Shown piece after piece: positions 1-11,700 of a DNA stretch of 64,000 nt. The notes below the pieces were generated by a model, which saw only the letters and a program-made list of their open reading frames with translations, searched no databases and was not told where the DNA came from. Numbering within the stretch: the stretch's first letter is position 1; every line of letters starts with the position of its first letter. A program made the translations under genes and the position numbers. The stretch covers positions 517,035 through 581,034 of the forward strand of contig NMRA01000264.1 in NCBI GenBank assembly GCA_002633005.1, read 5' to 3'. Source of the DNA: Phoronis australis. Lineage: Eukaryota; Animalia; Phoronida.

Positions 1-304
1 TGCATTTCATAGAGTGGTTTAACTTTTAGGCCAATGGTTTAGTAAAACCTAGTTTAACTCCAGTTTAGATCTGGTAAAAGTCAGTTTTCATTTCACCAAC
101 GACGTCTATATTCCTTAGACCTGTATTAAGATCTTAAACCAGGTTTAACTTTAGACTTGATCAGACCCAGGTTTAATACTGTTAAATATGGCAGACTTGC
201 ACGATATAGGTGCCATTGAATGATGCCGCGGTGCGCAATAGTTTTAGAGCAAGAACGGACTATTTTCAATGTTCTGTTTTACGTCTACACAAGACCAAAC
301 GTAG

Positions 305-460
305 CAGGGGCGGATCCAGGATTTTAAAGGAGGGGGCGGTCGGATCAAGGACTTTTTAAAAGGGGGTCCAAGTCAACAATTTGAAATTATAGATTTGATA
401 TCACTGAAATCAAGGGGAAAAGGAGGGTCAGAACCCCTTGACCCCCTGTATCCGCCTATG
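305..460. mobile_element. Short MITE (CAGGGGCGGATCCAGG...ATCCGCCTATG type)
   Basis: Imperfect TIRs with G-rich and C-rich ends, CGTAG on both flanks. A related copy lies at about 55657-55801. Confidence 0.55.
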
Positions 461-1793
461 CGTAGACCCGTACGTGTTGCAAGATGTCCTTCAGATTCCT
501 CAGAATACAACTGATCGTGCAGGGTGTCATCGTGGTAAGCGCTACGGGTTTGACTTAAGACGGCATCTTCTAATTCTTCTAACTGAGATTCACCTCCATT
601 GGTCTCCGATTAAGGTTGCCGGGCAGGGTCCTTCCAACCCATTTTGGCCGCAAAAAATATACACTAAACTGACACGGAAATAAATTTGAACATTTATGTT
701 GCAGCTTATCGTGAGCATGTACTCTAACGTTTGTATCGGGTCAGATTCAATGATTTTAACAAATCTCCATAACAACATTCAGACTATCGCTAAGGTGCTT
801 CTGCTAAGTCTTTATTCTCGATACGCGGCATATATTTCGTACTTGGAGTTCCCCGAAAATGAACATAAAGTATTTTTCTAGACTTATGTGAAATATTGTG
901 AAAATGGCCAATTTTGTGAGTAAAGGTTTGAAAAATCCTTAAAGGTGCTTTATTGCCACAATCTCAGTGATTTATGATTGTTACCTAACAGAAGAAATAA
1001 ATTATACTTCACAAATCTGTCTACTTGTGTTGCTCATTCCTTGGCCGGTCAACACAGTGCCATATTGACAAACAACTCTATCACGCCGTCGTTTAAGCGT
1101 TTTCCAGAGAAAGCCTCCTGAGCATGTTCAATCTTTCCATTCACTCGATAAATAGCTCGTAAAGGCGCAGTTTCCAAAAATAACCGACGAAACACATTCA
1201 CGCTTGATTATAACACTGTTTCTCTTTACATCAACTTCCAGTTATACAAACCTTTAAACATACAGCTTTTGGCTGTGGGAGTGAACACGTGGTGCGACGG
1301 GAACCAAATAGAGCAAAACTCGAATGATATGGAAGCGACTTTAGCGTCTCTCGCTAAGTGGACATACGACAACGTGCCTAAAGGTTTCAGTGACGTCACG
1401 GCTTTAATTAAGTACGCGCTCACTGCATAAAACCAAAAATCTCAAATAGTTTAATCGCAACTACTTCCGGTTACTCAAGCTCCCAAAATTCGCCCCAACC
1501 TTTCCATGACATGATGAAGGAGACCGAAAGCCGCTGCCTCAACAGGGCTCGTCAACCCACACGTTGATCGGGATGCTTCCTGTCAATGGCAATTACTGTT
1601 TCAACCCCTCTTGATATTAAAACAAATAGCTATTGACCTGTGGCATGAACTCCCGTAGAAAGTACCACCAGGTTATTTTCATTTTTCAAAGCTCAGAAAT
1701 ACTTTGGGAAATTTGTCCTGAAATGATAAGGATCGCCGCCTCCACTCTCGTCTTAAGCGGCGGATCTGATTTCTTACTCAGAGGCTGAGCGTG

Positions 1794-1926
1794 CGTTCAG
1801 TAGACGCTAGGACCTACCAAGCTAAAACCTAGTCAAAGTCACGTGCTCTCATTTAAAATACACAGAAATATCTCACGTAATCTAGCGAAGTCTTGCTTTT
1901 TAGCGATGTCCTAGCGTTACTGAACG
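1794..1926. mobile_element. Small TIR element (MITE)
   Basis: CGTTCAGTAGACGCTAGGAC ... GTCCTAGCGTTACTGAACG inverted termini. Confidence 0.5.
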
Positions 1927-1984
1927 GAAGGCCGGTTTCTTAGTTTTCTTTCAACGACGTTTTATCAGATAAACGCAGAAAAAT

Positions 1985-2058
1985 CAGGAGCCCCAACTGG
2001 GAATCTACCCACAAGTCTCTAGATTGCATGGCTAGTGCTCTTACCACTGAGCTACTGA
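1985..2058 (-). mobile_element. tRNA-derived SINE head or tRNA pseudogene
   Basis: Reverse complement GTAGCTCAGTGGTAAGAGCA...GTGGGTAGATTCCC shows an A-box and a degenerate B-box. The acceptor stem does not pair well. Confidence 0.5.
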
Positions 2059-2605
2059 CTGAGAACCCAATATCTGTAATTACTGTTTAAAGCTAACTGT
2101 TATGTCATACATCCCATGAGCGGCGTTTCGCCTTTTTCACACGAGATTTGGACAATTATATACAATCAGCAATTTACCAGTATGTGTTAATTATATATAG
2201 TAAATATATAGACGCCGAGGTTGGCCAGTAGACCGTTGGCCTGAAATGTAAATTCAGCTTGGTCTATGGTGGCAGACAGCTCAAAGGAAGGTGTAGCCTT
2301 GGCTGAAATTTTGTGCAGTCAAGCATTTACTGTTGGTGTCGCGACAAACGATGCTTCTGGGCAATAGTGCAGGATTGGCGTTCTTTGTGACCACGGTTGA
2401 CGAAAACGAAATTGCAACTTCGTTGTGTACGAGGCATTGTAGACAATCACTGTTCTTCTTTAGTTACGCTTACACTATTTTAGCCACGTGTACGTGAATC
2501 TTCATAGATCTGACCTAAGCACCCATGATTATTGTACTTGCAATTAATAAAACTCAATCTAGCGTTCCCACTTTCAGTTACTAAACAACGTGCTTTATTT
2601 TATAG

Positions 2606-2705
2606 GGGTGATGGCACAAGTGTGTTTGACAGTCAATCGAGTTACAAAAGAGGTTGGGCATTTCGTCATACGCTTTGCACAATCAGCGCTGGAGCAATAA
2701 TTTTG
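2606..2705 (+). CDS. ADAM exon, metalloprotease domain
   Basis: tttattttatag|...|gtgag. Encodes GDGTSVFDSQSSYKRGWAFRHTLCTISAGAIIL, matching the reprolysin G-x-A-x3-(T)-x-C strand. In frame with the next exon. Confidence 0.8.
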
Positions 2706-5700
2706 GTGAGAAAAATTTTCAACACATCGTGCGTTTATTGCGAGACGTTTCTATGTTTTAGAAAACAGCAGTCACTTTCTGGAAAAAATTCATAATGACA
2801 ATTTGTTGCCTGTGCGAAATGACATTTCCAATTCTAGCAAAGAACAATAAAACCAGGCCCCGAGTCTAAACCTCTTACACGAAATGGAACAGGAAATAAT
2901 TTTTGTCATTCTGTATTTTATTTTAGTGTGAACTCAAGATTAGTTTCTGTAATTCTATCAACGAGTACACAATGGCCTACGTGGATGCTCTTTAGTCATA
3001 GCTCGCACTTGATGACTACAGCATTAAAACTAAAAGTTCGAGTCTGAACTCGAAATTTCGAGATTTTACTCGAAATCTCGAGTTTTTACTCGAGTTTGCA
3101 GTTTGAATATAGGAACCATCCAGTGTAAACATGTATTCGAAACTCAGACGCGCTGCAATGATATACTCAACCACAGACTAATAGCTCCTTACTTCGATTT
3201 AGCACAAACGTAGAACAGAAAATGGCATCAATAATTTCGTTTTTAAGTCAGTAGCGCTATCTTCTGTTTCTCTCACAGCACGATCACAAGTCTATCGAGG
3301 TAATGTCTGTCTCGCTGGCACACGAAATAGGTCATCTGTTGAACCTGGGGCATGACGATACCAGGAGGACGTGTCACTCATGTAGCGATTCGTCTGGTTG
3401 TATAATGTCAGAAATTTTGTATGTATTTAATTTCTCTACAACCTGTTAGAAAGACAAAGAATATGTGATTAGCTCATTTGCACTTTCACTAGTTACATAT
3501 ACTACAAATAAAATCCTTAAAGGTACTATAGATCCTAACTTTTCCGCGCTTAACAAATGTACAAGTTCGTACAACTTACAATCAGTGAATCCCACCTATC
3601 AACTCCCGGCCCACTCATATCGTCACCTCCATTCGTTAATATCGAACAAGATGCTGACGTCAGCAACAGACTAAACTGAAAACAATCCCATACAAGTGTC
3701 ACCCGCTGGCTTTAGATAAATCAAAAAGTAAAAAAGCTGGATTGAGGCCGTGACAATTTCGGTGGAGGGGGCAATTTTTCTTATTTTATTTTTTTATATT
3801 ACAAACTATTTATCTCATAAAGGCAAAAAGTTGTCAAGTTTATACTTGCATATTTCCATGAACTTTGACTTGATGTCCATTAGAAATGATACTTCAAACG
3901 ATATTTCCATAGGTTGAATTAAGTCATAAAAACTCAAACAACTTTTTATTTTTCACATTAAAATGCAAATTTAGGTCAAATTTCTGAATTTATGAGCGTC
4001 ACCTGGTGGTTGTATGAAAATAATTGCAGGCGGTCTGTACACTTTGTAATAGACATGCGCTGGCCGGTCAGGTGGGTCCGGCCATTGCAGTGATCAGACG
4101 TTGCAACAGATGTGCGCTGGCCGGTCAGGTGGGTCCGGCCATTGCAGTGATCAGACGTTAAACCGGGTGTGCGCAGGCTGCTCAGGTGGATCCACTGCTC
4201 TGATATCACATGAACCATTGTTATGCATTATAAATGCACAGTGTTATAGGCGAACTGGGGAAATAAGAGACCTTGCTCAAGGGACTAGCAGTGTGTACCA
4301 GTGAGACTCGAATCCACGATCCTGAATAAAGGAAGCGGAAACTTTATCCAACTAGGTCACACTGTCTCCTCAAATCAAAGCTTAAAGCCAGTTTTTGCTC
4401 TATTTCGCTGGTTCAAATCGAAAGTCGAATAATGCTTTTCACTCTCATATTATTTTTCAGTCTGAAAAGGCTATATTTCCGTTGCCAACTCAAACCATAC
4501 GTATGCGCATGTCCATCTCTCGAGAATTAGCAATTTTAGGATTGGTCAACCCCAATACATTCTGAAGCGTTTTTTTTGGTCGCTCATGGTTTCCATGATC
4601 TTATAGAATCCTATTACGGTAAGGAATATCATGAGAACGGTTCAATGAGAATGAACAGCATACTTTGATTTTCTATTTTAGTCAGCTAAACAAGACGAAA
4701 TGTTCTGTAGCTTTAAGGATGTTTAACTTTAGGCCAATCCCTTTAAAGTACATTGCATTCCATTCATTCGACTAATTTTGTAAGGCTACACGCGATAGAA
4801 CGACAGAAGAAAAAATCTACTTTTGGTTATTTAATGCGCATGACAAGAGTTTTTTTTTAATTAAAAGTACGTTAAAGAGGCCTGGAAAGCGAAAAACAGA
4901 TTAACGTGCGTTTTTTAAAGTTGTTCTATGCCACTGAAACAGAATTCAACCGGCTCACCAGGTATTTTTACAGTTTGTTCATGCATATTTCGATTTTCTG
5001 TTTATATCAAAGCATTTTGCTTTTCCTTTCAAATTAAAAAAATAACCATCTGTCAACCGTGTATGTGGAAAATGTGACCTTTATCCTCCGATGTAAACAA
5101 AACAATGACGACTTCAAGCAGCAGCCAGTTCGATTAAGAGGCAATTGATGTAAGACCTAAGTGTTTGTAATTAGTGATGGAGAAATCGTAATACAGTATT
5201 CATTGTAAAATGCGCTTGGGATTGTTTTTGGAAAATTGCTTGCTTCACTGACTTGTCTCACATTGTGCTGTCAACCTCAGATTCGGAGTGCGATCACACA
5301 TGAAAATCCATCTTGTCAGACAGCTGGTTTTTTGAATGACTGTGAGCGCATGGGCGCATTTATCATAAGTGGGAAGGAGATTGGACTTCTGTGGTGACTA
5401 CAGCCTTTGTCCTTCGCACATATGTCAAAAATCGTTAATTTTGTGATTTTTTTGGAAATTACCTCACAGGGAAAGTAAATAACTATGTAGAAAACGTTGC
5501 GAGATGGTACTTCCTTCAGAAATTATTTAAAAGATATTTTTAAATGTTTCGCTTTCCATGCCACTTTAAGGACAGTCATATATATCATTTATTATATTTC
5601 TTAAAAATACTGCCCTGGTCTTCTCCTAGCCTAACCTTCCGTCATTTCGTCCCATAACTTTTCAAAAAAACCGTTAATATACATTTCCGATTCGGAAACT

Positions 5701-8700
5701 ATTTTTTATGAAAATAAGCAATTCTTTAACAATTGTCACCAGAGCCTCGTCTTAACTCAAACTCCAAATTTCTGGACTTTTTCTGTTTGAACTAGACACG
5801 TTATAAGTATTTACGGCTACAGGTAGAAACTTAGTGAAACACTATTTTGTCAAAATTTTGCAAACCAAATCCTGGCTTATGATGACTGGTAATTACAATG
5901 TAAAATTAAACTAAACATACTACGTGCGATTTTCACCATTTTGCGCAGTCCGTTCGCAATATATCCGGTAAAATCTGTATTTTCGACAACCACCCACAAA
6001 CGCCGTCTACAGAACCTGTGAATGACTGACAACACCTGAAACCGAACCTTCTGGTGACCGGGTATGGGATTATGAGGGAGGGCATTAAGTTTCGTAACAG
6101 CGATGAATGCAGACCATATCGAACTTCTTTGAAAAAATTTGGTTGACAGACCTGTCACTCGATATCAGCACATGTCAGAATTGTTCAAGGTTAGGAATTC
6201 CACTCTAACTCATACCATTAACGACAGGGTTGCCATCCACGCTAACCATTATAGTCCAGTCATTCTAGGGCTCCAGAGGGCCCAACCTAGAAAAAATTGC
6301 AACAGAAGGTTTTTTTGCATAAATGGCATCTTCAAACATCCCTTAGTGTCAGAAAAAAAATCTACCGAAATCGGAGTGGCGGAAGTCGGTTTTTCAAGAT
6401 GGCGGAAAAAATGGCCGACAAAACCGGTGTTTACTGTTTTCTGGCATATTACTCTTATGTAACAGCTAAAAATAAAACAATAAAGTTTGTCATTGATTAT
6501 ATACTTTTCATAACAGGCATACCAATCAAAAGATGCCAATTTTCCGTAAAATAAAACCAATATGGCCGACAAAATGGCGGCCGAAACGGCAATTTGGTAC
6601 ATGTTGCAAGATTTCTTTTTATATTTTGCCCTGAAAATGGCAAAAGTTTTATTCTTTTGTAAGTTAGANGTGACCGGGTTTGGGATTATGAGGGAGGGCA
6701 TTAAGTTGCGTAACAGCGATGAATGTAGACCATACCGAACTTCTTTGAAAAAAATTTGGTTGACAGAGCTGTCACGCGACATCAGCACATGTCAGAATTG
6801 TTCAAGGTTTGGAATTCCACTCTAACTCATACCATTAACGACAGGGTTGCCATCCACGCTAACCATTACGTAGACCTACTTGAACACTGAATAATAAAAT
6901 ATATAATTAAAACTCTGTGCTTAGCTAAACAGAAAACGTGAAGTTCGAATTTCCATAGAGAGATAAGACTCCAGGCTGTGATCACATTAAATGCTTTTTA
7001 TAGTTCAGCGGTACCACTCCCGTCAGTGTGGAGCGGGTGTACTTCAGAAGATTTAAACGAATACACATTCGACTGTTTGATACAAACACCTGTCCTGCCA
7101 CAGGATAGCCGGATTCCCACGCAGTGTGGCAACGGAGTTGTTGAAAGGAATGAAGAGTGCGACTGTGGCCAGGTAAATGTTCTAAAGGCTAAATGATAGT
7201 ATTTACACGAAATACTTTATTTTTAGAAATTAAAATTTTAAAGGTCACGGTTCTAATTTTTAAAGCTTTTAAAAATACATTGTGCTTAAATCAATAAACT
7301 CGATAATGATTTATGACTTTTCCTCAAACTGGAATTATTTTTTCCTCCAATTCTAAATGCATTAAAGAGTTAAGAAGCCATTATATTGGTTGGGAGACAA
7401 TTCCGTACACGAATGTTTTTGTTGTAGGAACAAAACTAAGTGACTACTCGAAAATACCTAACAGCGTTTTTGAGGTTACTAATGAAGTTTTCATTGAAAG
7501 AAGTTTCACGAAAACCGACCGAGGCTTTATTTTGTTATGAACGTACACTGTACCTTTCTTAAAATGAAATTTTGACTTAAAAGGAGTTAATGTAATCATA
7601 ATATTAATGACATAAAAATGTAGGATATATTTTTACAATTCCTGATATGTGTTCTGTCAAAACATATATTCTTATACTAGGTGACAAAGCCTTGATATAC
7701 AAGTTAGAATAGAGGCCACTAAATCAGGTCTGAGATAACCTAAATCTGAAAGTATATAAACTAATCAGAAGAGGGCATGTGCACTTAAGAAAATCTTACT
7801 GTTCACCGCATTCAAATTGAATTGTAGAGAGTATAATTATGCTGACCTGAGTCTTGTGGAGGAGAATGCTATAAGCCAGATTCGTTGTAACGCAATTCTA
7901 CTCATTGACATCGAATAAAAATCCACTTATCTTTTCTTATTTTTTCTATTCAAGTAGTACAGACCATGAAAATGTTGTTTTCATAGGACTGCGCTAATAA
8001 TCCTTGTTGCAACACGAATTGTAAGCTGACCTCCGGTTCACAGTGTGGTTCGGGCGCTTGCTGCTATCGTTGCAAGTTCAAGCCAGCTGGTTCAACCTGT
8101 AGGGGAGCTAGGGACGAATGCGACCTTCCAGAAGTTTGCAATGGCTTGTCACCTCACGTGAGTACATTCAGGCGAGCACATTCGGGTGAGCATATTCGGG
8201 CGAGCACATTCGGGCGAGCATATCCACCCGAGCTCATCCGCGGGAGCTCATCCGCGCGAGCTCATCCGCGCGAGCTCATCCGCGCGAGCTCATCCGCGCG
8301 AGCTCATCCGCGCGAGCTCATCCGCGCGAGCTCATCCGCGCGAGCTCATCCGCGCGAGCTCATCCGCGCGAGCTCATCCGCGCGAGCTCATCCGCGCGAG
8401 CTCATCCGCGCGAGCTCATCCGCGCGAGCTCATCCGCGCGAGCTCATCCGCGCGAGCTCATCCGCGCGAGCTCATCCGCGCGAGCTCATCCGCGCGAGCT
8501 CATCCGCGCGAGCTCATCCGCGCGAGCTCATCCGCGCGAGCTCATCCGCGCGAGCTCATCCGCGCGAGCTCATCCGCGCGAGCTCATCCGCGCGAGCTCA
8601 TCCGCGCGAGCTCATCCGCGCGAGCTCATCCGCGCGAGCTCATCCGCGCGAGCTCATCCGCGCGAGCTCATCCGCGCGAGCTCATCCGCGCGAGCTCATC

Positions 8701-11700
8701 CGCGCGAGCTCATCCGCGCGAGCTCATCCGCGCGAGCTCATCCGCGCGAGCTCATCCGCGCGAGCTCATCCTCGCGATCACATTCGCGCGAGCACATTCA
8801 TACTAGTACTTTGCTAGTAAAAGTGTCGAAAACGAATGTGCTTTATCTTTTATGACGTAAGAAGTATGTGATGTGTTTTTGTCACAGTTTCTTTTGAAAT
8901 TACGCTGTGTTTTTAACCACAAAGTTTGAGCTAAAGTTTGCAAGTTTTAGGCATTTTTAATGACTTGTTTTTATTTTGTTTACTTCGTAATTTATTATGA
9001 TCAGTATTATAGAGTGTATTTGTGGCCTCGTATGCACTGTTTGGTGATGCCTTGCCTATTGTGTAATGATGTCACGCCAACGTCTATTGACAATATCTCA
9101 CCCATTATTCGGCAAAGTCGTGATCCCGTACCAACTGTTTGATGATGCCACTGCTACTGTTCGATGTCACACACACCTTGAACTACAATGCAGTTAATTG
9201 TGGCTCATTGAACACACTGATTGGTGCGATCGTAACCACTTGTGACTGATGTCATATCCAGTGCCTGATGATGTATACACTGTTGACTGATGTCAACCAC
9301 ACATACTTTGTGTCGAACCCACTATTTTACTACATCACACTAACTTTTGATGAAGTCACACATGATGTCACGCCCAATGTTTGATAACGTCACGCCCATT
9401 TCTTGAAGCTGTTTCTTTGGAGCTAGGAGAGGTTGGAGTGAAGTTGATGACGACCAAATATTAAAACTGATAAACCTATATTCGCAACTTACTTAAATGG
9501 ACATTTTTTCTGTCGAGAAAAACATTTTAAAAAGAATTAGCTGTAACACGGGATTGAAGCCTCTAGGTAGCTCCAGAGTAGCAGCCAAACCGTTTCGGCT
9601 GAGTCAAGTCAACTTGACATTTCAAGGATATTCAAATTGCAAAGATCTGACCTTGATTTCACGAATGTGTGGCAGGCCACGGCGAGCATCAGCGATTTGT
9701 ACTAAAAACACAAAAGCAACACAGATTTTGTTATTTCATAATTCTGATGAAAGTTAACAGCTTTAAGAATCCTCATCCAACAAATAATCAAAACGCGTTT
9801 TCTGCTGTTAAACGGATAATGGTTATATCTAATTATAGGGATAGGCTCAATCAAGTGGTAAGGAACTCCGGGGAGCGAAAGATAAGACGATCGTCAGAGG
9901 AAGGGAGTCCCATCAGTAGATGGCTTATGGAAATAATTTTGTTGAATTCAGGGTCTTCTTCAGGATTTGATTTTGTCTAATTCAAGTAAGGCAATTGGCC
10001 TCACAACGTAGGCAACCATTTTAAGGAAATTCCGGAAGTATTGGTTTGAAACAGTTGAAAATTATGCCCAACCTTGATGAAAAAAGATTTCCTTTCATTT
10101 GGCAAACGTTTATTACCGTTTTTTTCTGTAATGATATACAGTGCCCAGAAAAAGACGCGGGAAAGCCAGATGGTTCCAAGTGTGATGCTGGGAAGGTGAG
10201 ATATAGTTCTCGGTTGAGCTGCCTGCTACTAAATACATGTACACGTTGAAAATGAGTATCAACGACAACTGTTGTCTGGAAATTACCGCTATGGGAATAA
10301 ATATTTTTACTCTATGTCTAATAAGTGCCGATAGTGACGTAGATTAATGAAACACGTTTAGCAGCAACAATTTCGCCAAAAAGACATCCAGATGCAGCTC
10401 GTTAATTCCAAGTCATTGCTACGACCTTTATTGATTCTTTTCAGCATTATTGCTACCAGGCACGATGCGTCACACTGTCAAATCAATGCTCATATCTGTT
10501 CAACACACCAGGTATGACTCGGAAATTCTTTGGTTTTATTGTGTTAACAAAGATCTGGTTTAAAATTGTCCAAAACATTGCTTAGGATGATTCAATGACT
10601 ACTGAAATGACAATGTCAAAACGAATACTACCAAACGGCGCTCCAGCCCTTTTTAAATCACCTCGCGTTTTTCATGGTTCCTTGTCACTTTTAGACGGCA
10701 AAACCTGTGTTATAGTTTTCTTGAACTTAGATCCCATTTCATCACTCTTGATAGAGGCAGCCTTGCGTCGTGAAACTGCACGTTGTTATGCATTCAACGT
10801 ACGAGGAGACAAACTGGGATACTGTTCCGTCGCAAATAACGGAAATTACCTGCCCTGCGCACGCCAGTAAGTACAAGTGTTTGATACAAATTGAGAGAGG
10901 TCTTCTATTGTCCAACTTGATACCCAGGAGGAAAAGCAGTCGTCTCAGGTAACTATTCGTAACTTTCATGTGCAAATCTGTGATCAGTTGAAGCCTATTG
11001 ATCGTGGGTAAAAGGTCACAGTTACTGCTATTTTAGGAGACTTTTCATTTTTTTATTTGAAACACCAAATGCGTTCCAACACACGAAGGATGAATTTGAT
11101 TTCATTTTTAAATTTCAATCTCCTATATCTGAAAATCCGATGAAACCGGACTCACCACTCAAAACCCTGGGAGCTTGATACTGACGATTCATTGTGTGAA
11201 CTATATTTCATAAAATCATTGCCACTATTTGGTGTCTTTTCAGGGACGTGAGATGTGGCGTGTTGTTTTGCAATTTGGTCCAACATGGCGGCGAAGTGCC
11301 TACTTCACGGCTACATCTTGCGACGGCGTATTACCTGAAATGCATGTAAGAAATATCCACTTTGGGATGGTTTTATAAAATGGCTTATATATGAGCTCTA
11401 AGTACAGTTTATAACTTTCCGTCATCTTTATTCAAAATCTACTTCTATTACATTGATTTTACAGTAAAAGAACACACGTGTTGTTGGTTCCGTGCACTGT
11501 AGACTATTTTGCATAGGAGTTGCCAAGGCGTATTTATTGGTTGCCATAGTGCTAGGAGGCTCTAATAATCACCAGAGAAGATTGCAAGCTTTTTAACGAA
11601 TCACCAGCGAGATTACACTAGCGTGGTCAAATGAACGTAATCTTTTAAAGAGAATTAAACCGACACTTTAAATTTACCAAATCATACAGCCTGAGTTTCT

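Noticed and set aside
1985-2058. Functional tRNA gene
   Set aside because: The B-box is degenerate and the cloverleaf does not close, so it is treated as a SINE head.
6054-6868. LTR pair of a small retroelement, and the 179-aa ORF at 6249-6788
   Set aside because: No TG..CA ends, PBS or PPT. The second copy starts exactly at an assembly N, so haplotype duplication is more likely.
8146-8817. 223-aa and 206-aa ORFs (RAHPRELIRASSSA repeats)
   Set aside because: These are translations of a stop-free 14-bp minisatellite lying in an ADAM intron after a canonical donor.
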